A DNA stretch of 64,000 bases from assembly GCA_963727775.1 (NCBI GenBank), contig CAVSHB010000004.1, forward strand, positions 32,001 to 96,000. Reading direction: 5' to 3'. Source of the stretch: an uncultured Nitrospiraceae bacterium. Its GTDB lineage: Bacteria; Nitrospirota; Thermodesulfovibrionia; Thermodesulfovibrionales; SM23-35. Positions 38,859 through 47,588 of this stretch are shown here, piece after piece. Position 1 is the first letter of the stretch. Each line of letters opens with the position of its first letter. Below the pieces are notes generated by a model. The model did not search any database. It was not told the origin of the DNA and worked only from the letters and a program-made list of their open reading frames with translations. A program made the translations under genes and the position numbers.

Positions 38859-41560
38859 AAACAATTGCCGGAATAAAGTTTTTATCTTTCCCTTCTTCAA
38901 ACTGCTTGTTTTTTTCCAATAATGAGTGAACGAAGCTTCTCGGAAGATTATTATTGATCTCTTTTGCGGAGACAGCTTCATAAAGAGTCTCTCCAAAATC
39001 AAGCAGTCTGTCAAAGCCGCATTCGTTATCATTCCCCGCCCACCGTACCGTATCACCGAAGATAGTTATCCTTTTTCTGCCCCTGTCTTTTGATTTTTCC
39101 AGTTCTTCGCCGGTTGCTTTTGAAAAGATGCTTATGGGAAACTTCGGCTTGCAGAGATAAATGCCCGCAGACAGACTTATATCGTCATTATTGCATGTAT
39201 ATTGCCTGAACTCATCCCTTATAGTTTTTGCCAATTTCGGCATTTCGCTCCAAGGTCCGATAATTAAAAGATCGTCACCACCCGAATAAACGATATAAAA
39301 TATGTTTCCTAATTTTTCTGCCTTATCCTCCCATCCTGCCTTATGGGCATGACACTTCCATTCTTCAAAAACCGACTTGCAAATTTCATTAAGATATCCG
39401 CCAAAAAACCAATCTATTTCTCTGCTCATGGCAGCAATTCGTGAGATTGATTTCTTTGATTTGTCCTGACCTTCGAGCCCGATGGCGAAAATAAGACCAA
39501 GAAAGTCAACGTCCATCTTCAGGACTCCAAGCCTTTTATCTCCTATGCTCGTATCAGCTATTGTTTCAAAGGTTAAAACTCTTCCTTGTTTTGCGATTTT
39601 TCTGGCGTCTTGGTCCTCTTCTTCCGTTTCCTGCTCAAAATCTTCTTTAGCAATAGGCGCCGTATTGCCAATTAATCTAAAAGTCTTATCCATTGAGTTC
39701 ACTTTTTGAATAGTCATCGCTTCCTGCAGTTCGGGCAGCCTTTCATCATATTCGCTTGAAGAAAGGAGATATACAACGCCGCATCCTCCAAATGGTATTT
39801 CAACGCCCTTCATTGACTTGTCTATCTTTGTCCAATAGGCAATATATTCGGTTTTGGGCAGCTTTTCGCCTATCTCTTTATGCTTTTCGCAAAGGTTACA
39901 AATTTCGTCATTAATTCCCTTATTAACAATTGACGTGCCGCATGACTTGCATACCCTTAGTTCTCCCTTTCTTTTTTGTTCTTCAATCCAGAATGATTCC
40001 CACTCAAAAAACTCTTTAAACTTTCTTTTTTTCTCGCTGGATAAAGCATTATCAAGGTCTCTTAATAAGTCAGAATAATTCTTAAGGGCATTTTTATCAG
40101 CCTCGACAGACGCTGTCACAAGTCCTAATTCTCCTTCATATTCTTGCAACAGCCATTTATTTATTTCAGACTGGGCATTTTTTAGCTCGCTTCTGTTAGC
40201 CGCTGTATTAGGCAATAACAGTTCAAACCTGCCACCACCACAGAAAAGCTGATGAGGAATTGACAGTAATAGCCTGTTAAGAAAACGTAAGGCTATCAGT
40301 TCCTGCATCAGCGACAAATAAAACGAGCGCCCCCTTAGTCTTTTTGAAACGCCTTTGACTCCCTGAACATTGGTTATTTTATAGATAAACTTCTGTATTC
40401 CTGATATATCGCCTCCAAAAAGCAAAAATCCTTCATCGTCCTGTTCTCCGCTCTTCTTTTTAGCAAAGAGACATCCAGCTATTGCGGCCGTTGTTTTAAC
40501 GTGGTCAAAAAGCGATATATCTGGTTCACTTTTATAAACTGCGCCTGGCACACACCACGTGTATTTCCATAGAAGATGATAAATGGAATTAACGCAGGAA
40601 GCCAGATTATGAATTTGAAGTCTTGACATCTCGTTTTTGAAGCCATCCCATAGAGTGCTGTACTCATCGGTAAGCATAGTATCCGCTGTAATATTCATAG
40701 GAAATATATCGACTCTGCTGAGTGAAAGCGGTTTGAGGCGATATTGGTAATTTTCTGTAGGGATATGCGCACCAAGAGATACCTTTTGAAATATCGATTG
40801 CAGCCGCTCGTTTGCAGAGTCTCCCGTTTCATAATCCTCAAGAGCAAGCCTGTCCATACCCGCTGAAAGACCGTCTGCAAGAGTTATGTATTCAGCATTT
40901 CCATGATGGTTGTTGATAGCATTTCTAATAATATCTATTTCTTCAGTGGTCAAAAAGCGATATATCTGGTTCACTTTTATAAACTGCGCCTGGCACACAC
41001 CACGTGTATTTCCATAGAAGATGATAAATGGAATTAACGCAGGAAGCCAGATTATGAATTTGAAGTCTTGACATCTCGTTTTTGAAGCCATCCCATAGAG
41101 TGCTGTACTCATCGGTAAGCATAGTATCCGCTGTAATATTCATAGGAAATATATCGACTCTGCTGAGTGAAAGCGGTTTGAGGCGATATTGGTAATTTTC
41201 TGTAGGGATATGCGCACCAAGAGATACCTTTTGAAATATCGATTGCAGCCGCTCGTTTGCAGAGTCTCCCGTTTCATAATCCTCAAGAGCAAGCCTGTCC
41301 ATACCCGCTGAAAGACCGTCTGCAAGAGTTATGTATTCAGCATTTCCATGATGGTTGTTGATAGCATTTCTAATAATATCTATTTCTTCAAAGGAGAGCA
41401 ATTTTGATAATCTCTCAGCGAAGTATTCTTCAAAACATTGATCACCAAGATGCTGATGGTCACCTTTTTCTCTGCATGCCCTCTGATAAAACTTTCCAAT
41501 ATCATGCAACAATGCGGCGAGGATAAATGTCTGGTATGCTCTCTGATCAAAACTATTCAT
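38859..41560 (-). pseudogene. cas10: Cas10/Csm1 (type III-A), disrupted by a 445-bp tandem duplication and a 3' IS200 truncation
   Basis: AALLHDIGKF (HD), DISLFDH, GGDISGIQKFIY, LRGRSF, CKSC/CNLC, KMDVD, YSGGDD. Confidence 0.93.
40501..41390. repeat. Tandem duplication, 2 x 445 bp (40501-40945, 40946-41390)
   Basis: Both copies run gtggtcaaaaagcg...tctatttcttca; identical peptides appear in the ORF track. Confidence 0.95.
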
Positions 41561-41603
41561 GAGATATCCCTCTTTTAGTTATTTGATTCACATTTATAAA
41601 ATA

Positions 41604-41619
41604 GACTATAATTATAGTC
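41604..41619. promoter_or_regulatory. Perfect palindrome GACTATAATTATAGTC, probable antitoxin operator
   Basis: Lies in the divergent gap between cas10 and the phd gene; contains TATAAT on both strands. Confidence 0.6.
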
Positions 41620-41679
41620 AATACAAAAAAGACTAGATTCCGCATCAAGTGCGGAATGACAGAAATACGGAGGATTGCA

Positions 41680-41952
41680 GTGACGAAGACGATTCCGCTT
41701 GCGGAGGCCAAGAAAAGCCTCTCCGCGATCATAAAAGACGTTGACGATAAATATGACCGTTTTACAATAACCAAGAACGGAGTTGAAAAAGCCGTCATCC
41801 TGAGTTCGGATGAATTCGAAGGTCTCCTGGAAACACTCGACATTCTTTCCCACAAGGAAGAGAAAGAGGCCATAGCAAGGGCAAAAGAACAGGTCAGGAA
41901 AGGCAAAACGGTTTCCCTCAAGGATTTTAAGTCACGGCTCAAGCTTAGATGA
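41680..41952 (+). CDS. Phd/YefM antitoxin
   Basis: TIPLAEAKKSLS...TITKNG...AVILSSDEFEGLLETL; GGAGG RBS before GTG 41680. Confidence 0.92.
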   Translation: MTKTIPLAEAKKSLSAIIKDVDDKYDRFTITKNGVEKAVILSSDEFEGLLETLDILSHKEEKEAIARAKEQVRKGKTVSLKDFKSRLKLR

Positions 41953-42209
41953 CCTGCCATATCGAGCTTGCAAAGGAGGCTGAATCCGATCTTGAGTCTC
42001 TCCAGAAATCCGACCGGAAACTCTTCATGAGAATCCTTTCTAAAATCGAATCTCTTTCTGAAAACCCAAGGAGCGGAAAACTACTCGTCGGCAATCATAA
42101 AGGAGAGTTCTCTCTCAGAGTCGGCAACTACAGAATCGTTTATGAGCTTGATGCTGCAAGACATATTGTATTTGTCCTCACCGTGAAACATCGGAAACAC
42201 GTTTATTAA
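41949..42209 (+). CDS. RelE/ParE-family toxin
   Basis: SLSENPRSGKLL, LRVGNYRIVY, VKHRKHVY; ATGA overlap with the antitoxin. Confidence 0.92.
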   Translation: MTCHIELAKEAESDLESLQKSDRKLFMRILSKIESLSENPRSGKLLVGNHKGEFSLRVGNYRIVYELDAARHIVFVLTVKHRKHVY

Positions 42210-42428
42210 ATTGTTACCTCATACTTTCCCAACCCAAACCCCGTCCCCCTCCCGACATGCAAAATCTCACCGGCTTTTATCAAAGGCATAAAGGGGTCCA
42301 TATCCCCTTCAAAGCTTATCTCTACGACAAATCAACCCATTTTGATCCTCGTCTCCTGTCTTCCCGAATACCTTGACCAGTCATACCATCATAAATTGTG
42401 TTCTTTTTTCCTTTACCTCTCCTGTCCT
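42206..42428 (-). pseudogene. Diverged 3' remnant of a second cas6
   Basis: Colinear with 43165-43380; encodes ...WYDWSRYSGRQETRIKMG*FV...GEILHVGRGTGFGLGKYEVTI* with internal stops. Confidence 0.88.
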
Positions 42429-42430
42429 TT

Positions 42431-42450
42431 TATGTACAATAATGTACATA
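42431..42450. promoter_or_regulatory. Palindrome with two TGTACA cores, probable antitoxin operator
   Basis: tatgtacaataatgtacata, ~30 bp upstream of the antitoxin; TGTACA is the core of the E. coli yefM-yoeB operator. Confidence 0.6.
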
Positions 42451-42478
42451 TGATACAACTCCAAGTGAGGTCATTTGA

Positions 42479-42748
42479 ATGAAAAACGTTATTTCCATAA
42501 CCGAAGCCCGGCGACGGCTGCCGGGAATTATCAAATCTCTTAAGAATTCTCCCGACATGGTTTACCGGATAACGGTCCATGATGAAGTCGTTGCAGAGAT
42601 CAGGACTACGCCGAAGATAAAACCGGGGGAGGCGGCTGCGAAGCTTCTCGAAATTAGGAAGAGGTCCGGCGCCGGAAAGAAGAGATATAAGAAGCCGGTA
42701 TCGGAAAACATCAAGGACCATCTTTACGTTGCCGAGGACAACCGTTGA
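42479..42748 (+). CDS. Phd-like antitoxin
   Basis: VISITEARRRLPGII...YRITVHDEVVAEI; overlaps the PIN start. Confidence 0.75.
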   Translation: MKNVISITEARRRLPGIIKSLKNSPDMVYRITVHDEVVAEIRTTPKIKPGEAAAKLLEIRKRSGAGKKRYKKPVSENIKDHLYVAEDNR

Positions 42749-43164
42749 TCCCATCGGGAAGCAAGGTCTTCTGTGACACGTCGTTTTTTTTCGCATCGTT
42801 AGCTCCCGACGACTCCAATTACGACAGGGCCGGTGAAATACTTGAACACTGCAGAGACAATGCTGTCATGCTTTACACCACATGGGACGTTATCAGCGAA
42901 ACTATTACTCTGTTGAGGTACCGCGCAAGCTATCAGCTGGCTGTTCAGTTTCTCGAAAGTATCAAGCCTTCCCTGTTGATTGTGAGTTATGACGCTTCTA
43001 TAAGAAAAGCGGCTGAGGAGATATTCAAGAAACTCTCGAAGGACAAGCGTCTTTCCTTTTGTGACGCCATTTCTTATGTTGTGGTTATTCATATTCTCAA
43101 CGATGTCCCTTGTCTGTCATTCGATAGAGACTTCAAAAGTCTTGGGCTCACGGTCTATCCATAA
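42745..43164 (+). CDS. PIN/VapC toxin
   Basis: VFCDTSFF, VISETITLL, LSFCDAIS, SFDRDF. Confidence 0.9.
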   Translation: MIPSGSKVFCDTSFFFASLAPDDSNYDRAGEILEHCRDNAVMLYTTWDVISETITLLRYRASYQLAVQFLESIKPSLLIVSYDASIRKAAEEIFKKLSKDKRLSFCDAISYVVVIHILNDVPCLSFDRDFKSLGLTVYP

Positions 43165-44167
43165 TAATCTCATACTTTCCTAATCCAAACCCCGTCCCTT
43201 TGCCCACATGCAAAATCTCTCCTGCTATGATCAACGGCATAAAGGGTTCCATATCTCCCTCAAAAGTTATCTCGCCTACAAACCCTCCCATATTGATCCT
43301 CGTCTCCTGTCTGCCTGAATACCTCGACCAGTCATACCACCTTAACTTTTTCTCTTTCACCTTCACTTCTTTAGCCTTTTCGATAAGCCCATTAAAGTCC
43401 CATTCAGATGGGTCGCCGCTGCAGTGGAAATAATAAAGCAGGGACAGTCTTCTCAAAAGGTTTCTAATGAGCATGTGGAACTCAAGGTCGAGGGTGAGGC
43501 TGCCGCTATAGAGAATTCTTGTGGGGGTCAAAAATGAAAGTTGCAAGCTTGGGGACAGTCCCGATTCTACCACCTTACTTCGCTCGGTCGGTAAATCTTG
43601 GGACAGTCCCCCTGAAAATCCCCCCTCTCCTCCCTTTGCCAAAGTGGGGACTCCCACATCTAAAGAGGCAGCTTCAAAGGACTTGAGGGTTTTGCTTGTG
43701 GAATCATAAATCAGTTTTCCATCGCAACTCACGGTGCTTAGCTCGTATTTTGCTTTGCCTTTGCCGAGCCCTGTCTTTCCGAGTTCATCGAAGGTGTAAA
43801 TGAAATATGGGAGGTAGTCTATAGCCCTTCCGATCAGCGTGAGACCGAAATTAATCTCATCCCCTGGCTTGTAGCCTCTCCTCTTTTCGGCGGATGGTTC
43901 GATAATGAAGGGATGCGGGGCCGCTTTGTATTTGCGCATCATTCTGGTATCCGAGGGCGGAGGGGTCTCGAAGACATAAGAATAAATGCATTTCTCTTTC
44001 AGGATACAATCGGGGCAGTCTTTATCTCTGACGGCGCATACGACACGTTTGAAGGCATATCCGAAGCCGCCTCTTAGAGTAGAACCTTTATAGCTGGGAA
44101 GAATAAGGGGTTCTAAGGCGGTGAGTCGAAATTGAAATTGCTTGTATTAAATAGAAGAATCAGCCAA
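43148..44167 (-). pseudogene. cas6: Cas6 (Cys-rich RAMP type) with a premature TAA at codon 7
   Basis: AAGGAG then TTG at 44167 reads MADSSI*YKQFQFRL...YKGSTLRGGFG...CPDC...C; C-terminal GKGTGFGLG loop; stop at 44147-44149. Confidence 0.9.
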
Positions 44168-44450
44168 GCTATCTCCTTAACTTACGGCGTTGTCAGCATC
44201 TTACCACAAAACGTAAATATTGTTGTAACTTTTTCTTGAAAATAAAACCTGTGTGGTGGAAACACTATTCAACATGGGGAACAACTTTTCAAAAATGCGC
44301 AGCACTGCGTGAATTGATGCTCTCTCCTGCCAGCCTGTGGCAGCCTGTAGCCGGGAAATGGAGGCATTGTAAATACCACTTTGTCACTGAAGTATACATA
44401 ATAAATAGTTTTGGATTAACACAATGCTCATATTCTGATAGAATATTTTT

Positions 44451-45212
44451 ATGTCTGTCATCCTTGTTACAAACGACGACGGTGTACATTCGCCTGGCCT
44501 GCTTTCCCTTTATGCTGCTATGCAGGAGCTCGGAGATACATACATAGTTGCGCCTGACAGGGAAAGGAGCGCCGTCGGCCATGCCTTGACGCTTCACAGG
44601 CCCCTTAAGGTTGAAGAGATAAGGAAACATGTATACAGCGTTAACGGCATGCCGACTGACTGCGTGGCCATAGGCGTCAACAAAATCCTTCCTGAAAAAC
44701 CGGCATTTGTCGTCTCGGGAATTAACAAAGGAGCAAACCTCGGAGATGATCTGACCTATTCCGGCACTGTTTCAGCCGCGATGGAAAGCACGATAATAGG
44801 CATTCCGTCCTTTGCCGTGTCTTTGTCTGTTCGAAAGGCGCCTTTTCATTTTGATACCGCGGCAAATATCGCCCTTAAGATCGGGAAATACGTCCTGGAA
44901 AATTCCTTGCCCTATGATACACTTTTAAATGTGAATGTCCCGGATGTGCCGATTCATGATATCAGGGAGATAAAACTGACGAGACAGGGCAAGCGCATTT
45001 ATGACGACTCTATCCAGGAGACTTTTGATCCTAATGGTAAAAAACATTACTGGATCGGAGGCGGAAAACCCTATTGGGAGCGTGGTGAAGACACGGACAT
45101 TCAGGCCGTTGAGGATAACTGCGTTTCCATCACACCCATCCACCTTGACCTCACAAATTATGAAGCTTTGAAATTCTTGAAAGACAGATTGTCCTTTCGT
45201 ATTCAGCGATGA
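44451..45212 (+). CDS. surE: 5'/3'-nucleotidase SurE
   Basis: ILVTNDDG, SGINKGANLG, YSGTV. Confidence 0.96.
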   Translation: MSVILVTNDDGVHSPGLLSLYAAMQELGDTYIVAPDRERSAVGHALTLHRPLKVEEIRKHVYSVNGMPTDCVAIGVNKILPEKPAFVVSGINKGANLGDDLTYSGTVSAAMESTIIGIPSFAVSLSVRKAPFHFDTAANIALKIGKYVLENSLPYDTLLNVNVPDVPIHDIREIKLTRQGKRIYDDSIQETFDPNGKKHYWIGGGKPYWERGEDTDIQAVEDNCVSITPIHLDLTNYEALKFLKDRLSFRIQR

Positions 45213-46591
45213 AACACTATGATGTAATAATAGTCGGAGCAGGCCCGGCCGGCATATTCTCCGCCCTCGAACTGCTCAGGCAGCGGCAGGACGCAAAGGT
45301 CCTTATCATCGAAAAGGGCAGGGACATCCATAAAAGGATATGCCCGATGAAAGTTAAGGAGATATCATGCGCAGCCTGCCCGGAATGCGCGCTCCTCAGC
45401 GGCTGGGGCGGCGCCGGCGCTTTCAGTGACGGCAAACTGAATCTTTCTCCCGAAATCGGCGGCTTTCTCTCGAGATATATCGACATTAATTCCTTGCAAT
45501 CCCTGATAACTTATGTGGATGAAAGCTGGTTAAGTTACGGGGCACCGGAAAGACTTTATGGAGAGAACGAAAAAGAGATGAATGCGATTGCCCGCCTTGC
45601 GTCGGAAAATGACCTTCTCTTTATACCTTCAAGAATAAGGCACATAGGCACCGACAGGTGCGGCATCGTGCTTAACAATATCAGGCAATCACTGAATACA
45701 AAAATTGAAATTATGTTCAACTCGGAGGTTGATAGGGTAATTACGGAAAAAAGAAAGGCTGCAGGCGTCAGGCTAAAGGACGGTACCAGACTCCGTTCCG
45801 ATTTTGTAATACTTGCTCCCGGCCGCGAAGGTTCGAGATGGCTCGATAGAGAAACAAAGCGGCTCCGACTCACGATTCTGAAAAATCCCGTCGATATAGG
45901 GGTAAGGGTCGAAATCCCCGCCTCTGTTCTGGAGCCCATCACAAAAATTACTTATGAACCGAAATTGATTTTCCATTCAAAAAAATTCAACGACAAGGTG
46001 AGGACCTTTTGCGTAAATCCCTATGGAGAAATTGTAAAAGAATACCTGAAGGGTATCTGGACTGTAAACGGTCACAGTTATGCTAACAGTAAAACAGCCA
46101 ATACAAATTTTGCGTTGTTGGTCAGTACATTCTTTACGGAGCCCTTTGATGAGCCTATTCTATACGGGAGTTACATCGCGGGGCTTGCGAACCTGCTCGG
46201 TAAAGGCGTTATCGTGCAGCGTTTGGGAGATCTGCTCAACGGCAGGCGTTCAACTCATGAGAGAATATCCAACGGCGCAATAAGACCGACGTTGAAGGAC
46301 GCAACACCCGGCGATCTGAGTTTTGCTCTGCCGTACCGGCATCTCTCCGATATTATAGAAATGCTTGAGGTAATGGACAAAATTGCCCCCGGTATAAACT
46401 CGGAACACACGCTGCTCTATGGGATTGAAGTGAAGTTTTACTCGATGTTTCCCAGGCTCACGGAATCACTTGAGACAGAGATAAGCGACCTTTTCGCAGT
46501 CGGTGACGGCGCAGGAGTCAGCCGGGGAATTATACAGGCGTCCGTTTCAGGGGTAATAGCCGCAAGGGAGATAGCGCGGAGGCTTTGTTGA
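45209..46591 (+). CDS. NAD(P)/FAD-dependent oxidoreductase
   Basis: GAGPAG, GWGGAGAFSDGKL, DIGVRVE, RTFC, GDGAG. Confidence 0.85.
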   Translation: MKHYDVIIVGAGPAGIFSALELLRQRQDAKVLIIEKGRDIHKRICPMKVKEISCAACPECALLSGWGGAGAFSDGKLNLSPEIGGFLSRYIDINSLQSLITYVDESWLSYGAPERLYGENEKEMNAIARLASENDLLFIPSRIRHIGTDRCGIVLNNIRQSLNTKIEIMFNSEVDRVITEKRKAAGVRLKDGTRLRSDFVILAPGREGSRWLDRETKRLRLTILKNPVDIGVRVEIPASVLEPITKITYEPKLIFHSKKFNDKVRTFCVNPYGEIVKEYLKGIWTVNGHSYANSKTANTNFALLVSTFFTEPFDEPILYGSYIAGLANLLGKGVIVQRLGDLLNGRRSTHERISNGAIRPTLKDATPGDLSFALPYRHLSDIIEMLEVMDKIAPGINSEHTLLYGIEVKFYSMFPRLTESLETEISDLFAVGDGAGVSRGIIQASVSGVIAAREIARRLC

Positions 46592-47238
46592 CCGACTTCA
46601 AAGAATCAAGAGAATTTATGGTAAATACCCAGCTTATTCCGAGAGGTATTAAAGACGAGCGTGTTCTCAGCGCTATGAAAAAAGTCCCGAGGCATTTTTT
46701 TGTCGATGAATCCATGCAATATAAGGCCTATGATGATATGGCCCTTTCCATCGGAGAAGGCCAGACCATTTCACAACCATACATGGTGGCTGTTATGACG
46801 GAGCTCCTTGATCTGAAAGGGAATGAGAAGGTATTGGAAATAGGCACAGGTTCCGGATATCAGGCGTCGATCCTTGCAGAGCTTGCCCGGGAAGTTTTTA
46901 CAGTCGAACGGATTGCAGCGCTTGCGGCCCTTGCAGAAGAAAGATTCAGCTCTCTCGGATACGGCAACATCCGCATTAGAACCGGCGACGGCACTATAGG
47001 ATGGCCTGAAGAAGCTCCGTTTGACAGGATTATTATTACAGCCGGCACTCCGTCAATCCCTGGGCCTTTGGCAGGCCAGTTGTCCGAAGGCGGGATAATA
47101 ATTGCCCCTGTCGGAGACCGCTTCTCGCAGCAACTTATCAAGATCAAAAAATCTGAAGGCAGGCTTCTCGAAGAATATCACACTCCCTGTGTCTTTGTCC
47201 CTTTAATAGGTAAATACGCCTGGGACGTAAAAGATTAA
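46585..47238 (+). CDS. pcm: Protein-L-isoaspartate O-methyltransferase
   Basis: QTISQPYMVA, VLEIGTGSGYQ, APFDRI, FVPLIG. Confidence 0.96.
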   Translation: MLTDFKESREFMVNTQLIPRGIKDERVLSAMKKVPRHFFVDESMQYKAYDDMALSIGEGQTISQPYMVAVMTELLDLKGNEKVLEIGTGSGYQASILAELAREVFTVERIAALAALAEERFSSLGYGNIRIRTGDGTIGWPEEAPFDRIIITAGTPSIPGPLAGQLSEGGIIIAPVGDRFSQQLIKIKKSEGRLLEEYHTPCVFVPLIGKYAWDVKD

Positions 47239-47260
47239 CCCGCATTATTAATCCGAAAAA

Positions 47261-47402
47261 TGCAGCCATTGTTCAAAAAATTATTTAACTCGATGAATTT
47301 ATTAAAAATATCGTTATGTCGGTAATCATAAAAATATTCCTCGGAGCATCAGTTAAAGGTACACTAAGGTATCGAAAAATAATTTATTTCACAACACCTG
47401 CA
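47261..47402. repeat. MITE-like element family A, copy 2 (inverted relative to copy 1)
   Basis: Reverse complement shares aaattatttttcgataccttagtgtacctt and both TIRs with 18380-18515. Confidence 0.75.
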
Positions 47403-47588
47403 TTTTTCTAATTGCAGTTTTGTGGTTAATAAAATCGACAGATATAGTATTTAAGCGGATTTAAATTCTTTCGAAGAAAGAATTTACCTCGGAGGCCCGA
47501 TTTGTACCGGGCCGAGAATGAGCGCAAATACTATATCTGTTGTCACCCGCAAATTTTATGAATTAAGTCGGTTAAGTCACACTGAAGG

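Noticed and set aside
38680..41112. 810-aa ORF as an intact Cas10 with novel termini
   Set aside because: Its first ~56 aa are an off-frame reading of the duplicated block and its last ~59 aa are antisense IS200 sequence
41553..41960. Antisense and alternate-frame ORFs over phd and throughout the nuo and housekeeping genes
   Set aside because: They are shadows of well-supported genes with no motifs of their own
44245..44350. GAAA-tetraloop hairpin upstream of surE/cas6 as a riboswitch or CreA-like RNA
   Set aside because: I could not match it to any riboswitch consensus or to the CRISPR repeat; it needs an Rfam search
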